A stretch of 64,000 nt of DNA from Pseudovirgaria hyperparasitica (Eukaryota): assembly GCA_010093815.1 (NCBI GenBank), contig ML996575.1. The stretch is one strand, 5' to 3'. Made by a program: the position numbers and the translations under genes. Below are positions 36,929 through 50,165 of this stretch, one piece after another; the first letter of the stretch is position 1; every line of letters begins with the position of its first letter. Below the pieces are notes generated by a model. It saw only the letters and a program-made list of their open reading frames with translations, did not search any database and was not told the DNA's origin.

Positions 36929-38214
36929 TCAAAACCCATCTCCTTCCTTCCACTCTCTCCCCAGCTCCTCCGCCCTCGTCTTCGGGTCATTGCCCCTCTT
37001 GACCGCATTATCCCTCAGCCCGTCCAAGATCTTGTTATATTTCTGAATCTCCTTCTCGAACTCGGCATCCTTGCCAGGCTCCGGCTTCTCCAGCTTCTTG
37101 AGCTCCTCCGTCTTGCCCTCTTTCTCGGCCTTCTCGATGGCCTCCTTTTTGTTCCGCCAGTCGCGCAGCTTGCCCTCCCAGCCACGCTTCTTCCCATTAA
37201 TCTCCTGATATTCGTTGTATTGATCGCGGCCGCCGAAGCAGAAGCCGTAGCCGTCGCAGTAGCTATGAAGTGTTAGCATTGACCATCAAATGATGCTCTA
37301 GTAGTTGGTGCTTACCAGACATGCTCCTCGGGGCAATGAAACGTCTCCCCAGTCCAGATAAAGTGCCACACGTACTCCCACACGCGCCCACTGATCCCAT
37401 CCTCCAGCCGCGTCCGCAACAGCCAGTCGCGGTAGTAGACATACCGCGACAGTGGAAGCGCCCGGATTCGGTCCGCGCTCAGGGCAAATTGCGCACAGCA
37501 CATGCCGGCCAACACCTGCGGAATGGGATCCAGCGGGAAAAGCTCACTCCACGCTTTTGCTAGCTCGCGCTGTTCGGGACGGTGCTCGTCGTCGTCGGTC
37601 GCGCCGGGCTTCATCCAGTCCGGGCAACCGGGGTGCCAGTGGCAGCGCAGGTTCATGAAGCCCTCGCGGATCACGCGGTTCGGGTTGAGACGCTTGACAA
37701 TCTCGGACGAATCGAGACCCATGATCTCGTTGTTGTGCCAGGTCCAGCGATGCCAGTGCATAAAGAGCGTGACGTCGGGCAGGTCGTGGTAGTTGTCGAT
37801 GATCCATGACAAGTAAATCATGACTTCGTGGCCTTTGTTCTTCGGCGGGTGGTACTTCGCGCTCGGGTCGTTGGCAACGTATTTTGCAATCGGTTGGTTA
37901 GGAATCAGTTCCTGCACCCAGTTTGTGTCCTCCTCCTTTGTCGTGGCCATTACCAGCAACGTGCTGAAATTGTATCCCATAGGCCTACTCTCGCCAGGAC
38001 GGAAGTCCATTTTCGGATTCCAATTCTTGAGGTCTTCAGTCGGGTCATGTTGCTGTCCGCGGTCTGGATCCAGCACCTCGTCGAACTTGTCGCCTAGACC
38101 AATGTGTTGCGGTATCCTCCGCCATGTCGCTTCGATCGATGTACTGTGGTAGTAGAAGAGGAAGATAATGACTGCCGCAATCGCCGTGATGGGTATGAAA
38201 CGTCGCTGAATCAT
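36929..38214 (-). CDS. DUF3431-family type II membrane protein
   Basis: N-terminal TM helix; NKGHEVMIYLSWIIDNY, FMHWHR..WHN, CCAQFA, SGRVWEYVWH, C|YCDGYGFCF across the intron at 37315-37263. Confidence 0.85.
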
Positions 38215-39945
38215 CGCGCTGGATGTATGGAGACCGATGCTGTGTTCCCAGTCGGTAAGGATTGTTCGACGATGGCGTGTATATCTCTACAAACGTGGGC
38301 ACACCAGCACCTCGATGGCAAAGAGATGAATATGTGCGAATGGCCGCCGCAACATTAAGGAACGGGTATCGAAGTAAGTAAAGACTCCTGAATCCAAGGC
38401 GGGCTGGGCAAGATTGATTCTAGAGGTTCCTTGAATGGGCGCCACATTGGGGCTGAGATTCCGCCCCCCGCCGCCCAAAGGCTAGGCTACGTACTATTTT
38501 AAAAGCGCCAACATCAGAATACATAATTAGCGCGAGAGTGGAAAGGGAGTTCAAGTCATGTTAAGCAGTGTTTGTTGTCTACGGAAGCTATTTGCCATTA
38601 CACTGCACGACTCTGCGGGAAATCCATGTGTACAGTTCGAGAGTCAATGCACCTTGCAAGGAACCCCCTTGACCTACAACGCCATGACATCATGAGTGTG
38701 TGACATCCTGACAGTAGTATTAAGACCATCGTCTACTAGAGGGAGACGACAGGCCATCAACAACGATGCCACACGCTCTAGACTAGGAGCAGTGTGCGTC
38801 TTTGTTCTCGTGTCTCTCGAGTTTACAGCTCGAGGTGCTGCACAGTATGACATCTCGTCAAAAGGCAACAGTCAGGCTTTGCAGATATAGTTGCAATGCT
38901 TACAGGCATCTTGCGCAATACACGCCAAGAAGGACCCTGTCTATACGCTTCGACAAAATAGAGCATGTCGAAACGTGCCATGGTTTCAGCTTACCTAGGC
39001 GAGAACCAGGCAAACCTGTCTTGGTCTTATTATGTCGAGTCGCGGTGCAGTCGCATACAAGGTCACAGAGGAGGGGCCAGGAAAGGACCTACATGGTGAG
39101 TTTTCAATGTTGTAGTGGCGCATGTCAGGTCGAAGAGCAGAGCTAGAGTGAGAGGCGATATGCGGATTGACGGGTAAAGGCCAATTATATAGAAGCGCCT
39201 GTCATCTGTGTAGATATATCAAGTTGATGGATTTAGCTCGTCTTCATGGCGTCATTCGTGCATGCTAGAGAGAGATTAAAAGGAGACTCGAGGGCGGTCA
39301 GGTGAAGCTGAGTCCCTAGTGAGTGTTTTGGATGAAGCTGCTGATATCGTCAAGGTCACGGGGGAAAAAGGGTCGAAGTCGCAGTTGAATGGTGAAGCGC
39401 ATGGCGAGTTATGTTTGTTTCGAGGCCTCGAAATGGATTCGTTGCCTTACCATCATCGTTTTGTTGTAAATCTAGGAGAAGTCGCTGCAAGCGCTGAGAG
39501 TGCTGTTCACAAGCCGTTCTTCCGAATCCGTTTTCAAAGAGTATGGTAGTACAAATTGCGATGTCGACTCGTCAAGAGACGCAGACAGGCGCCCCGGAAG
39601 CTGCTGAGACACCGCGCCGTGCTGTTGCGGAGGCGAAAAGTCGCAGATCGAATTGCCCAAGGAAATCCACATATTATGCCGTACCGTTCGAACCACGGTG
39701 TATGAAATGACAGATGGGAAGTTGTGTGATGATTATCGCTTTGCCATCCCGCCGACGCCGATGAAACCGAAAGATGATACTTTTTCCGAGCCACAAATAT
39801 GATGACTTGCCGCTACAAGGTTAACATGCTCACCAACGGTCGGCCGAGTAATACACACAAGGTCGAGCTTATAACGTGGCATGTCGAGCAACTTTCCGAC
39901 TTTAAGCGCGAGTAGTCGGACCTGGTCTTGTTAGCGGAAAAGGCA

Positions 39946-41060
39946 TCATCTACGAGAATAGCGGTCGTCACCACGATCTTCGTAAGATCGGCCGCCGCCA
40001 CGAGTATCATCTGCTGGAGCGCCTCCGCCGTAAGCACCACCAGCTGGAGGAGCCCGGTCTTCGCGATCGTAGTAGCCACTTCCACCACCGCCACCGCCGC
40101 CGCCGCCTCCGCCGCGTCGGTCATCTCCACGTCCACCGTAGCGGTCATCGCGAGAAGCATAACGGTCAACACCACCACGATAGCCGTAGTCGTCTCGGTC
40201 ACGTCGACCACCGTAGCCGCGGTCTTCATATCTGTCGCCACCTCCACCGTAGTTGCGGGAGCGACCACCATAGCCGTGATCATCGCGACGGCCATAGCCA
40301 CCACCACGACGGTCCTCATACCTGTCGCCGCCGTAGCGACCGCCACCACCTCGAGGACCACGGAAGTCATCTATGACACTGATCAGTGATGTGAAGACGT
40401 TTCAGCAGTGGAAAATAGACTTACCGCGCTTGGGAGGGCCGAAGTACTTGCCGGGCGTAGGGGTACGAGGGCGAGCACGGCGAGCCTTCTCAATGCTCAA
40501 GGTTCTACCTTGATGGACTTCACCTTGTAGACCTTCCTTGGCAGCATCAGCCTGTTCAGAAGTGACCATCTTGACGAAGCCGAATCCGCGAGAGTCACGA
40601 GTGTGAGGGTCACGCATGATGTTGCACTTCTCAACCTCTCCATACTTCTCAAAGAGACGTGTAACCTCCTCCTCAGTCAAGTCAGGGTGTATACCAGTCA
40701 CGAAAAGGTTGGAGCCAGGGTTGCGAGCACCTTCCTCGTCATCTTGTTGTGCGCCGCGAGGCTCAGCTGGAGGACGGCTGGTCGTAAGAGTTAGATTGAG
40801 GGCTTCAGTGTGAGGTGGAAGGCGTTATACCGATCATTGCCACGATCACGATTACCGGGAGATGCGCTACGAGCTCTTGCGTCTTCGTCGCCACGACGGT
40901 CAGCTCGAGGTGAGCGGCTGCGCTCACGGTCATATCCGCGATTCTCGTCTAAAGATCAGGTCAGCGCACTCATTCGAGCGTGACAGACGTGTTGTGTATC
41001 AAAGTCGAGCAGTAGCATACCTTCGAAACGGCCTTCGGCCTCAAAGTCCATGTCCGCCAT
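39946..41060 (-). CDS. Single-RRM RNA-binding protein, Tra2/SR-like with RS and RGG/RD-rich arms (4 exons)
   Basis: NPGSNLFVTGI (RNP2), SRGFGFVKM (RNP1), KARRARPRTPTPGKYFGPPKR, RSRSP N-terminus and a GYGGR/DDR-rich last exon. Confidence 0.88.
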
Positions 41061-41750
41061 TGTTGATGTTTGGTGTGAATAGGGAAGAGGTTTTGCGGCG
41101 CTGCGGCTGGAGGTGATGTTTTGGGAGCTGAGGTAAGCTAAGGGAAAAAGCAGCTAGATTCTGGAGGGTTCAGCTAATGCGACCCAAGAACACGATCTAG
41201 ACGTTGTGTGTATCGTCGAGTGGAATACTTCGCCTTTGATGCGAAGATGGATGGATGTGAGGGAAGAAGCGAGGATGGAAGAGAGACGACGATGAAGAAT
41301 GTAAAAGTCCGACGCAAGGGGCGAACGAGGCGACAGAAAATCGCAGGGCAACACAAACTGCGGCCTGAGGCAGAAAGTGACGCCTAGCCTTTGAGGCTCC
41401 GCTCTGCAGTCCATCCACGATATATTATTATATTGAGTGAGGCGCCTGTGTGAAGCGCGACACGTTTCTCCCTGTAATTACTACTCGCTGGCTGAAACGC
41501 AACACGTCTGAATACTGCCTCTATTGCATATGCTCTTTCGGACAATGCCACCGCATGCATCTAGAGCTATTGGGCATACTCAAGCCGGAGCCAATGCATT
41601 CCCACGACTACTATGCTTTCAACCACCGCTGTGAGAACGACCTGCCGCAGGGCTTATAATTTCACTCCGGCCATGTCTCACGAGATTTAAAAGCTGTACA
41701 TGTCATATATCATAGTTCGTTAATCTACACACAGGGGTATACCGGTCCCA

Positions 41751-43756
41751 CTACACGAATCCACTCGCCTGCTTCACCGCCTTCTCCCACCTCTCATACA
41801 TCTTCTCACTCTGCTCCTTGTCCATCGCCGGATCAAACGTCGTGCTTCCCTCCGTATTCACCGTCTTCAGATCATCGAAACTCTTCCACACGCCATAAGC
41901 AAAGCCCGCTGCAATTGCGGCACCTAGCGCCGTCGTCTCGCGCATGTTCGGGCGCTCTACAGGGATGCCAATGAGGTCTGCTTGGGTCTATATGTGTCGT
42001 TAGATAAATCGGAGGACGAGAACGAAAAAGTTCAAGGGGGCTAGGAATGGGAAAATATGGGGCTGGGACATACCTGCATGGCGAGATCGGAGTTGCTCAT
42101 ACCGCCATCAACGGCCAGCTGCGTCAACTTCTTGCCCGAGTCTTTCTCCATGGCATCCAGGATGGCTTTTGTCTGAAAGCAAGTGGCCTCCATTGTTGCG
42201 CGAGCGATATGGCCTTTTTGTGTATGTTGCGTGATGCCGACTAATGTTGGGTTAGCTTGCAATCAAGTAGATATTACAGGCAGACATACGGATTGTGCCG
42301 CGCACATCGTCGACCCAGTACGGCGCAAAGAGCCCGCTGAAGGCCGTGACGAACACAACGCCACCATTATCATCTACAGCAGCAGCATGTTCATTGATTT
42401 CCTCTGCACTGTTGATCATGCCGAGGTTGTCGCGCAGGAACTTGATGCCCTGACCTGCCACGGCAATGCTTCCTTCTAGGGCATAAGCTGGGGTTCCATC
42501 GAAATCGTACGCGATTGTGGCAAGGAGTCCATTCTTCGAGATGACGGGCTTGCTGCCGACATTATAGAGCAAGAAACAGCCTGTGCCATATGTGTTCTTG
42601 GCCTGACCAGCCTCGAATCCTTTCTGGCCGACCAGAGCGGCGGACTGATCGCCGAGAACACCGGCGATTGGAACGTCTTTCAGGATGCCGGAGCTGAGCT
42701 TGCCAAATGCCTCCCTGTCAGAAGAGCGCACAATCTTGGGTAGCAAGACCTTTGTTGTGTCGATGTCAAAGAACTTGATGAGCTTATCGTCGTACTTTCT
42801 CGTCTCAATGTTCATAAACATAGTCCGGGACGAATTCGTGACATCGGAAACGTAGACGTCTGCGGCCTTGCCGCCGTTGAGCTTGTACACCAGCCACGCA
42901 TCAACAGTACCAAACGCAAGGTTGCCCGCTTCGTAGCAATCAGCGACTTCCTTGACATTCTTCAACAGCCACAGTAGCTTCGTAGCGGACGGATATGTGG
43001 ATAGTGGGAGACCGCACAGGTCAAGAAGGCCATCTGCGCCCTCACGCTGCTTGAGTTCGCGAACAAGCGCTTGTTGGCGGATATCCGTCCATACGATGGC
43101 GTTGTGCAGAGCTTTGCCAGTGGTCTTGTCCCACACGACTGTCGTTTCGCGCTGATTCGTGATGCCGACGGACTGGATCTGGTTCTTCGAGAAGCCCTTG
43201 CGCTCTAATTCTTGCGTCGCCTTCTCGATGCACACGCGGACAGACGAGATGAGCTCCTCGGGGTCATGTTCGTGCCAGCTGAGATGGCGCGTCAGCAATT
43301 GGTCTTATCGCAATTCAATACCCGACGCAGACTCCACCCGAATCTGTCCACTACCCCACATCCGATAATCCCCGTAGCGAAGAAGTTGAAAGGAACACTG
43401 ACCCTGAATGCGGATAGATTTGTTTGAACTCAACCTGGTGGGAGGCAATTGGTTCTCCTCTTTGGTCGAAGATTAGGAATCTAGAGCTGGTGGTGCCTTG
43501 GTCGATGGCACCCACAAAGACGTCCTTTGCGTTTGATTTCCCTTCGAGCTGGGCGAGTCTCTTCTCGATGGAGTCATTCTTCTTTTGGAGAGAGTCAATG
43601 AGCTCTATTACTTTCTGTAGATACATTAGCAGCTGTAACGCCACGTGTTGCGAATGACGGTACATTATTGATATCTGGGGCTTGCAAGCTCTCAACATTC
43701 TCGATATGAGCAGTCTCTTGCGCCGGCTTCAACGAGGATGGGTCTATGGTCGCCAT
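41751..43756 (-). CDS. GUT1: Glycerol kinase (FGGY family)
   Basis: [62 protein letters not shown] across several spliced exons. Confidence 0.95.
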
Positions 43757-43982
43757 TGCATATGAAAATAGGTACGATGACACAACTCGTGATAAAGACA
43801 ACGGAGAGGTGCGCGAGAGGATGCAATCAGCAAACACGAGCGCCGAGCTTGGGGTTTTGAGTGACAGAGCAAGCTGCTGGCAAGACAGTTAATAGGATGA
43901 TAGTAGAGAGAGACACAGAGAGATAGAGGTATTGGAATGAAATGGATTCATGCAGGTGGCCCACAGGGTTCAAGGGGGATTA

Positions 43983-43995
43983 CCCCACCGTGGGG
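43983..43995. promoter_or_regulatory. Inverted pair of putative CreA/Cre1 (SYGGRG) catabolite-repression sites upstream of glycerol kinase
   Basis: CCCCAC-C-GTGGGG palindrome about 230 bp upstream of the GUT1 ATG. The motif is short and could occur by chance. Confidence 0.4.
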
Positions 43996-45006
43996 CATCC
44001 ATCCATCCATATCCATCATTTGCTTTTACCACGATACAATCCACCAATACCCTTCGCCTTCTCGGGCCTTGGGTGTTGGCGCGATGGAACCGACAGAGAA
44101 AGGCAAAGGGATTAGCTGTGTTGTCCACTTAACCAATTGGCCGTCACATGTCCCAGCTGTACCAGGCGTTTGATCCGTAGATGACGTTACAGGTTACAAG
44201 AGGAGATCGATCATCGATGGGATGCACCGCCACCAGACGTGATTACTTTGGCTTGGCCGTAACCACGCCGCAATCAATTCGAGAGACACATATGGCCGTC
44301 TTGTAGCCTTGTGTCGTGTGCGGTAGATGCCATAGCCCAGCATGTCAGGCATATATGATAGGACTGTGTCGTGCGGTTGAAGGCCGACACTGGCCGTGAC
44401 ACCATATGTATATGAGAAGAGCGACAACATCTTGCATCCTGCATCCTGCAGTACCGACGTTTGCATAAAACCTCCGATGCGTCTAATACCGGCCCACACA
44501 GCCAATGTGACTGCTGCAGAGGCGGCTGAGTATTACAGCACTAATGTCGGAGGATAGCAGTGCAGTCCAACTATCCACTTCGAGCATCCATGGCTTTTGT
44601 GGCCACGCGCATGCCATCCAGGACGCTGAAGTTCGGTCGCTTCCATAAGCTGCGGATCGCTCTCGAACATGGCAGCATGCACAAGATGCATGATTGACCC
44701 ATTGTTCTTAGTGGCGAGGTCTTGGTGGTGTCGACACATGGTGGTACCGGTGGGTGCACACTGGGGCATTGGTCTTGGCTTGGCTTGCAAAAGAGATATG
44801 ATATATCACAGCTAGAATGTGGGCACTGACTATCTTACCTGGCGAGGCGTTTGTCGCTTGACTTGAGTCAAGAGTAGCAGAAGAGAGGACAGCGAATACT
44901 CTGTTGCACATATGCCGAATACATATTCATATCATCTCGTGCATGTCGCGGGTATCGATAGCCAGCCAGGGAGCGCGTCAAAGTGGATCTCTCGGCTATG
45001 GATCCA

Positions 45007-45123
45007 TCCGTCGTTTTCCTAGAACCTGAGTCGGCTTAGCACTCGCATGTTGCGCTATGTCTCCCCCACCTAAATTTACGTGAGACAGACATATTTTAGC
45101 ATTTTATCATATACTCGTCGCTA
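45007..45123 (+). repeat. Left terminal inverted repeat (117 bp)
   Basis: TCCGTCGTTTTCCTAGAACC...ATACTCGTCGCTA is the reverse complement of 56578-56694, apart from transition mismatches. Confidence 0.92.
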
Positions 45124-45169
45124 ACGCGTTACTATTACCGATTATATATATTTAGTAGGTTATTAAGGC

Positions 45170-46310
45170 TATCTAGTAGTTAGTACACCTATTATATAGT
45201 ATTCTTCTAGTATTTTTAGCTTATAGTTATATATAGTAGGCCTACCTAGTAGGGTGTACGAATCTAGTACCTATTATTAAATTAACTTCCTTCTTAAACA
45301 CGATATACCTATAATTACTACCACCTAGAAGTCTTAGGTCTCGAAGGCTATAGTTAATTATATAAGGTATAATCTATCTACGTATAGCTAGCGAAGTAGA
45401 CCTCTATCTATAAAGACGCGTGGTTATAAGACTATACTTAGTAATTATATAATAGAATTACTATTCGAGTACCTACTCTAGGAGGGATAGCTATACCTTA
45501 ATAAGATAGTTAAATAGATATATAAAGAGCTTAAGATAGTAACCTTACTATCTACTATCTTAAAGTAGTTAAAGAAGTAAGGGTGGAATAGGCGGCTATT
45601 AAAGCGTATTTATTCTTAACGCTTAGAGATTATACGTCGCTCCTATCGTAAGGATATAGCTTAGTTACCTACTAATCGCCTTATCTTTATTAATAAGGTT
45701 ATCTTTAATAAGAAAATAGAGTAGAGGAGGCGAGGTAGGGCTCCTCGTAGAGAGACTTCTATATAATCTACTAGTATTAATCGAGGCTAGATATATAGCG
45801 TATATAGCGTAATCTCTATTAATAGATTTATTACCTATAGAATTAAGAAGGGCTACTTTAATAAGGAAGAGTTTATTAATTAGCTAGAGGTATACCTATT
45901 TCCTAGCCTATAAGAAAAGTATCCTAACTAGGTAATAGTTATCGTGATAGATAATCTCTCGCTCTATACCGATAAAGACGTTACTCCTATAGTTACTATA
46001 GCTAGCTATACTCTTCGATATACACCGCCTTATTCGCCTAATTATAACCCTATTAAGTTGGTATAGGCGGTACTAAAGGCGTGGATTTGAAGGTGGTACC
46101 TATACGTACGTAAGTAATTAGTTAACTTCGAGGAGTTCTTATACCGCGCCTTTAAGAATAGCTACTATAATAGATTTACTCTCCGCTACTTTAAGTATAC
46201 TACTAATGGCTAGTATATTAATAAAACGCTACGGGAGTATATTATTAAGGATTTAAAGTAATTCGGGCGTAGAAGAAGAAGTGGTTTTATAGAGGAAGTT
46301 AAGGATATTA
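45170..46310 (+). pseudogene. RIP-mutated DD34E (DDE_3) transposase
   Basis: De-RIPped reading: LIFIDE..FNEKTGWRRRGRAP (~45680), IVMDN (45941) followed by 34 codons to LRYTPPYSPDYNPIELVWAVLKAWI. It has many TAA/TAG stops, and the boundaries are approximate. Confidence 0.85.
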
Positions 46311-46567
46311 GTTAACTTTTTATAGTACTATTTACTAACTAACGTTATATCGTCCTTACTTATATAGCTTAATATAGTAATATAGAGGTTACTTAATTAT
46401 ATATATATATATATATATACTAAATATAAAGTTCGCGATATCTCTACTTAAAGCCCTTATATAGTACCGGAGGTAAGCCCGTAGAGTGCCTTCGCTACTT
46501 TCTCCTACTCTACTACCTTTAGACTATTCTTATACTTATAAAGATAGCGATAAGTATTAAGGACTAT

Positions 46568-46805
46568 TGTAAAGAGTAAAGACGTAGGATAGTAGTCTAA
46601 TAGTTCATAGAGAGACATAGAAATGTATTTATAGAGTAATCTTACTCTTATATAAGGTTGATTCCTAACGAGTAGAAATCGGTTTATACGGTCTACTTAT
46701 ATAGTAACCTCGCTTAACTTAGCTAACTTAACCTAGCTCTAGCCACTACGTGGCTATATAGATTAGAATAGTTTATATAGATCTATTATAGTTCCCGTCC
46801 TAATA
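46568..46805 (-). repeat. 3' LTR (238 bp)
   Basis: TGTAAAGAGTAAAGACGTAGG...GTTCCCGTCCTAATA is a direct repeat of 54550-54787. Confidence 0.92.
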
Positions 46806-49800
46806 ATATCCTTCTTCTTTTTATACTTCGCTCTAAAGTACTTAAGTATATATAATCCTAAGTCTCTATAATCTATCATATATCTATATATCCGTGACTA
46901 AGTTTCTATAATGTTATAACTATCCTTAATATAGGTAAACTTAAGATTCTAGTTTACTTTTACTAGTTTATATACGCGCTTATTCCTTACTTCGTGGCTA
47001 CTACCTAGGATATATAATTACTACTTTAGTCGAGTATATATTTAGCTTCGCTCGCCTTTAATTTTATTCTCTAGTATATCTACCTCGCTCTTAAGGTAAG
47101 TTATTAATTTATATACTATCTTCTCTAGTTTAGGTTTAGAAGGGTCTATAGTAGTCTATTCTTATTAGAACCGGTCCTATATAACCTATTTACGTTATTA
47201 TAGTTACTAATTTAGCTTTATTAATTACCGTTAAGGGTAGACGAATATTCCTTCCTTAGATCTCTAGCTAATATATATATATAGATATCTAATACTAGTC
47301 CTATCTCTAAGCCTACCTCCTTCTCTTATAAGACTCGCTCTAAAGATATCGCCTCCTCCCTAGCCACGCCGGCTAAGAAGTCTACCTATTACGGTAGTAT
47401 AAAGGCGCGCTCCAAGTCGGAGAAGAGAGTAGCTAGGGCTACTACTACTACTTCTACTACTAATATGGCCACTGGTCGCTCTAATCTAGGTAATCCTAGT
47501 ACTAAACTTATAGATAAAGTAGTTATAGATTCTCCTCTCACTCTAAAGCGTACGCCATCTACTCTACCTTCTCTAGAGGATAAAGAAGATCTTATTATAG
47601 ATAATAATCGCGAGCCCTCGCGCTTACCTACGCCACCGCCTTACCGCTCTTCCTTCCGGTCTAATATAGACCGATTTAGTTACTCTAGGTCCTTTTAGAA
47701 TCTTAATATTTACTCTAAACCCTAGTCTACTAATAATAAGGCCTAGGTCGCTAAGAATACTAAACGTGGTCGCGGTTTACGCTATAGAAAAACGGCGAAC
47801 TACGGTTTAATATACTATAAGTATATTAAGGGCTATACGGCCGGCTCTAAATATCTCTTTCGCTCTAACTCTAGTATTAGCTACTACTCTACTAACCGTG
47901 ACGGGCCTATATACCCTATCTTTACTCTATCTACCCGCTACCGCTACTATACTATAATTAGTAAGACTTATCTATAGATAAGTATAATAGGCTATCTTAA
48001 TCTAGTATAATCTAAAGTAGTCCACGCTAATATATTCTTAGGTTCCTATATATATATAAGATATATATAACGACCTTCGCGTCCGTGAGACCCTTAGGGG
48101 TTCTTATAGCCGCCTATCTACTATATAGAGGGAGTTTAGAGAGCGCTATAAGCTCTTCCTAGAGGTTATTAAAGTATAAGTTATAAGCACGTTAATTATT
48201 TTTAATATCTATTAATTTTTCTAGCCGCCGTAAGATCCCTAGCGCCTAGACTACCTATTCTAGGGAGTCTATCCTAGCTATAGAGGCCGTAGAGAGGATT
48301 CGCTCTATCCCCCTCTATCTATCTTACGCTACTAATAGATCTTATAAGAGGTCTACTATTTCTCCCTCTAAGTCGCCTTATAAGAGGGTATATATTCCTT
48401 TCTAGATTATTCTAGATCGTGTTAGCTAACTTTAGACCTAGTCGCTACGCTCCGGCGCTTAAGGCTCTTCCCTCTAGGCTCTAACGGATCGGGTTATTAC
48501 TCTAGAGGCTAAGGTTATCGTCCTCCGCCGCTATATCATGCGGTTAGAGAGAACTATACTAGAGGTTAGAATAGATAATAAGATAGAGGAGTAGCTCTAT
48601 AGTTCTAGCTCTATGGGTTTGGCTCTATATATTAGCTCTATGGTCTAGCTCTATATATTAGCTCTATGCCTGGCTCTATATATTCTAGATCTACTATAGG
48701 TGGTACGCGCCGGCTGTAAGGAGGCGGGCTCTACGTACTAACCAACTACACCAAAAGGACCGAATCTTGAAGCTACTACTTCAAGGGTAGAGTACACTAC
48801 TTATATACGACTGCTGCACATATATAGAATCAACTGGTAGGCCACGTACCTGACACCGGCTCTATTTACCTAGCTTTTATCCGTTTTAGTCCTTTTTAGA
48901 CCGTTTAGATACCCGTCGGCTAGTTTCTAGTAATTTAATTCTTAACTTAGTGATATTATATGTACGCTCGCTTAGCTTATAACTATCGGTTTCTACATTC
49001 TAATTTTCCTTAAGTTACCTAAGTATAGGCACCGTATATAAATTAGTTTATCTCTATAAATTCTATTAGAGTACCTAAACTAGTAGCCTAGTAGTTATCG
49101 GTTCGGGTACTCTAACCTTTTATATTTCGTGTTAAGAGTTTAATTCTATAGTAGGGTACCTTTTTTTTAGGTTCTTAGTCCTATATTTTTCTCGTATATA
49201 ATAGTCCATATTAGTCCATTCTAGACTCTTCTATGTTATTCTATTATGGTATATCGCGTCGCGTTCCTAAAATAGTTATTTACGCTTTCTACGCGTCTAG
49301 TAACCGTACGACGCTTAAATTATGGGGCTACTATATAGAGTTTTCCTAGTGCGCGTCTAGATTTCCTAGTTTAGCACTTCGTTCTCTATAGTATCCTTCT
49401 TCTTTTTATAATGACCGTAACGTTACTATACTTATATTAATAATACGCTATTCTATATCTTTTACTTATATATAGCCATTATAGAACTTAAGATATATAC
49501 CGCTAGTTCCTAGGTGTCCTCGTCCTTAGTATAGTCCTTCTAACGGATTCTATATTTCTAAATACCGTCTTTATTAATTCTATATTCGATAATATAGTCT
49601 ACTTCGAACACGTCTAGTCTATCTTAGGGTATAATAGAGTATAACTATACGTTCGTGTAGCTATATATATTAGATCGAAATCTTTCGAGTAGTAAGACGT
49701 GGAACACGTTATAGATTCTTATATCGCTTCCTAAGTCGAGCTTATAGGCTCTTATACCGATACGACGTTTAATTCGGAAGGGACTAGCTATTTTATAATC

Positions 49801-50095
49801 GAGCTTCTTATTTACTCGTGATATTTATATATTATAGACGTTAAGAAGGATCTTATCGCCCTTCTTATACGTCTAATCCTTAGCTAATCTATTATAGTAC
49901 TTCGTATACGAGTCGTTTACTTATTAGATTATAGCGCGATAGTTACATGCGGTTTCGAAGATTTTAATTACTAATTTCTAAGCGTGGACGTTCACGTCTA
50001 TTATTTAATTAAATTAGACCGTCTAAGGCTTAAAACCTATCCTTAGACTACGTCCGAGGTTCGCCTAGAAAGGTATAATATCTATTATACTATAA

Positions 50096-50165
50096 NNNNN
50101 NNNNNNNNNNNNNNNNNNNNNNNNNNNNNNNNNNNNNNNNNNNNNNNNNNNNNNNNNNNNNNNNN
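50096..50165. other. Assembly gap (70 N) within the retrotransposon integrase region
   Basis: Run of N characters. Confidence 1.
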
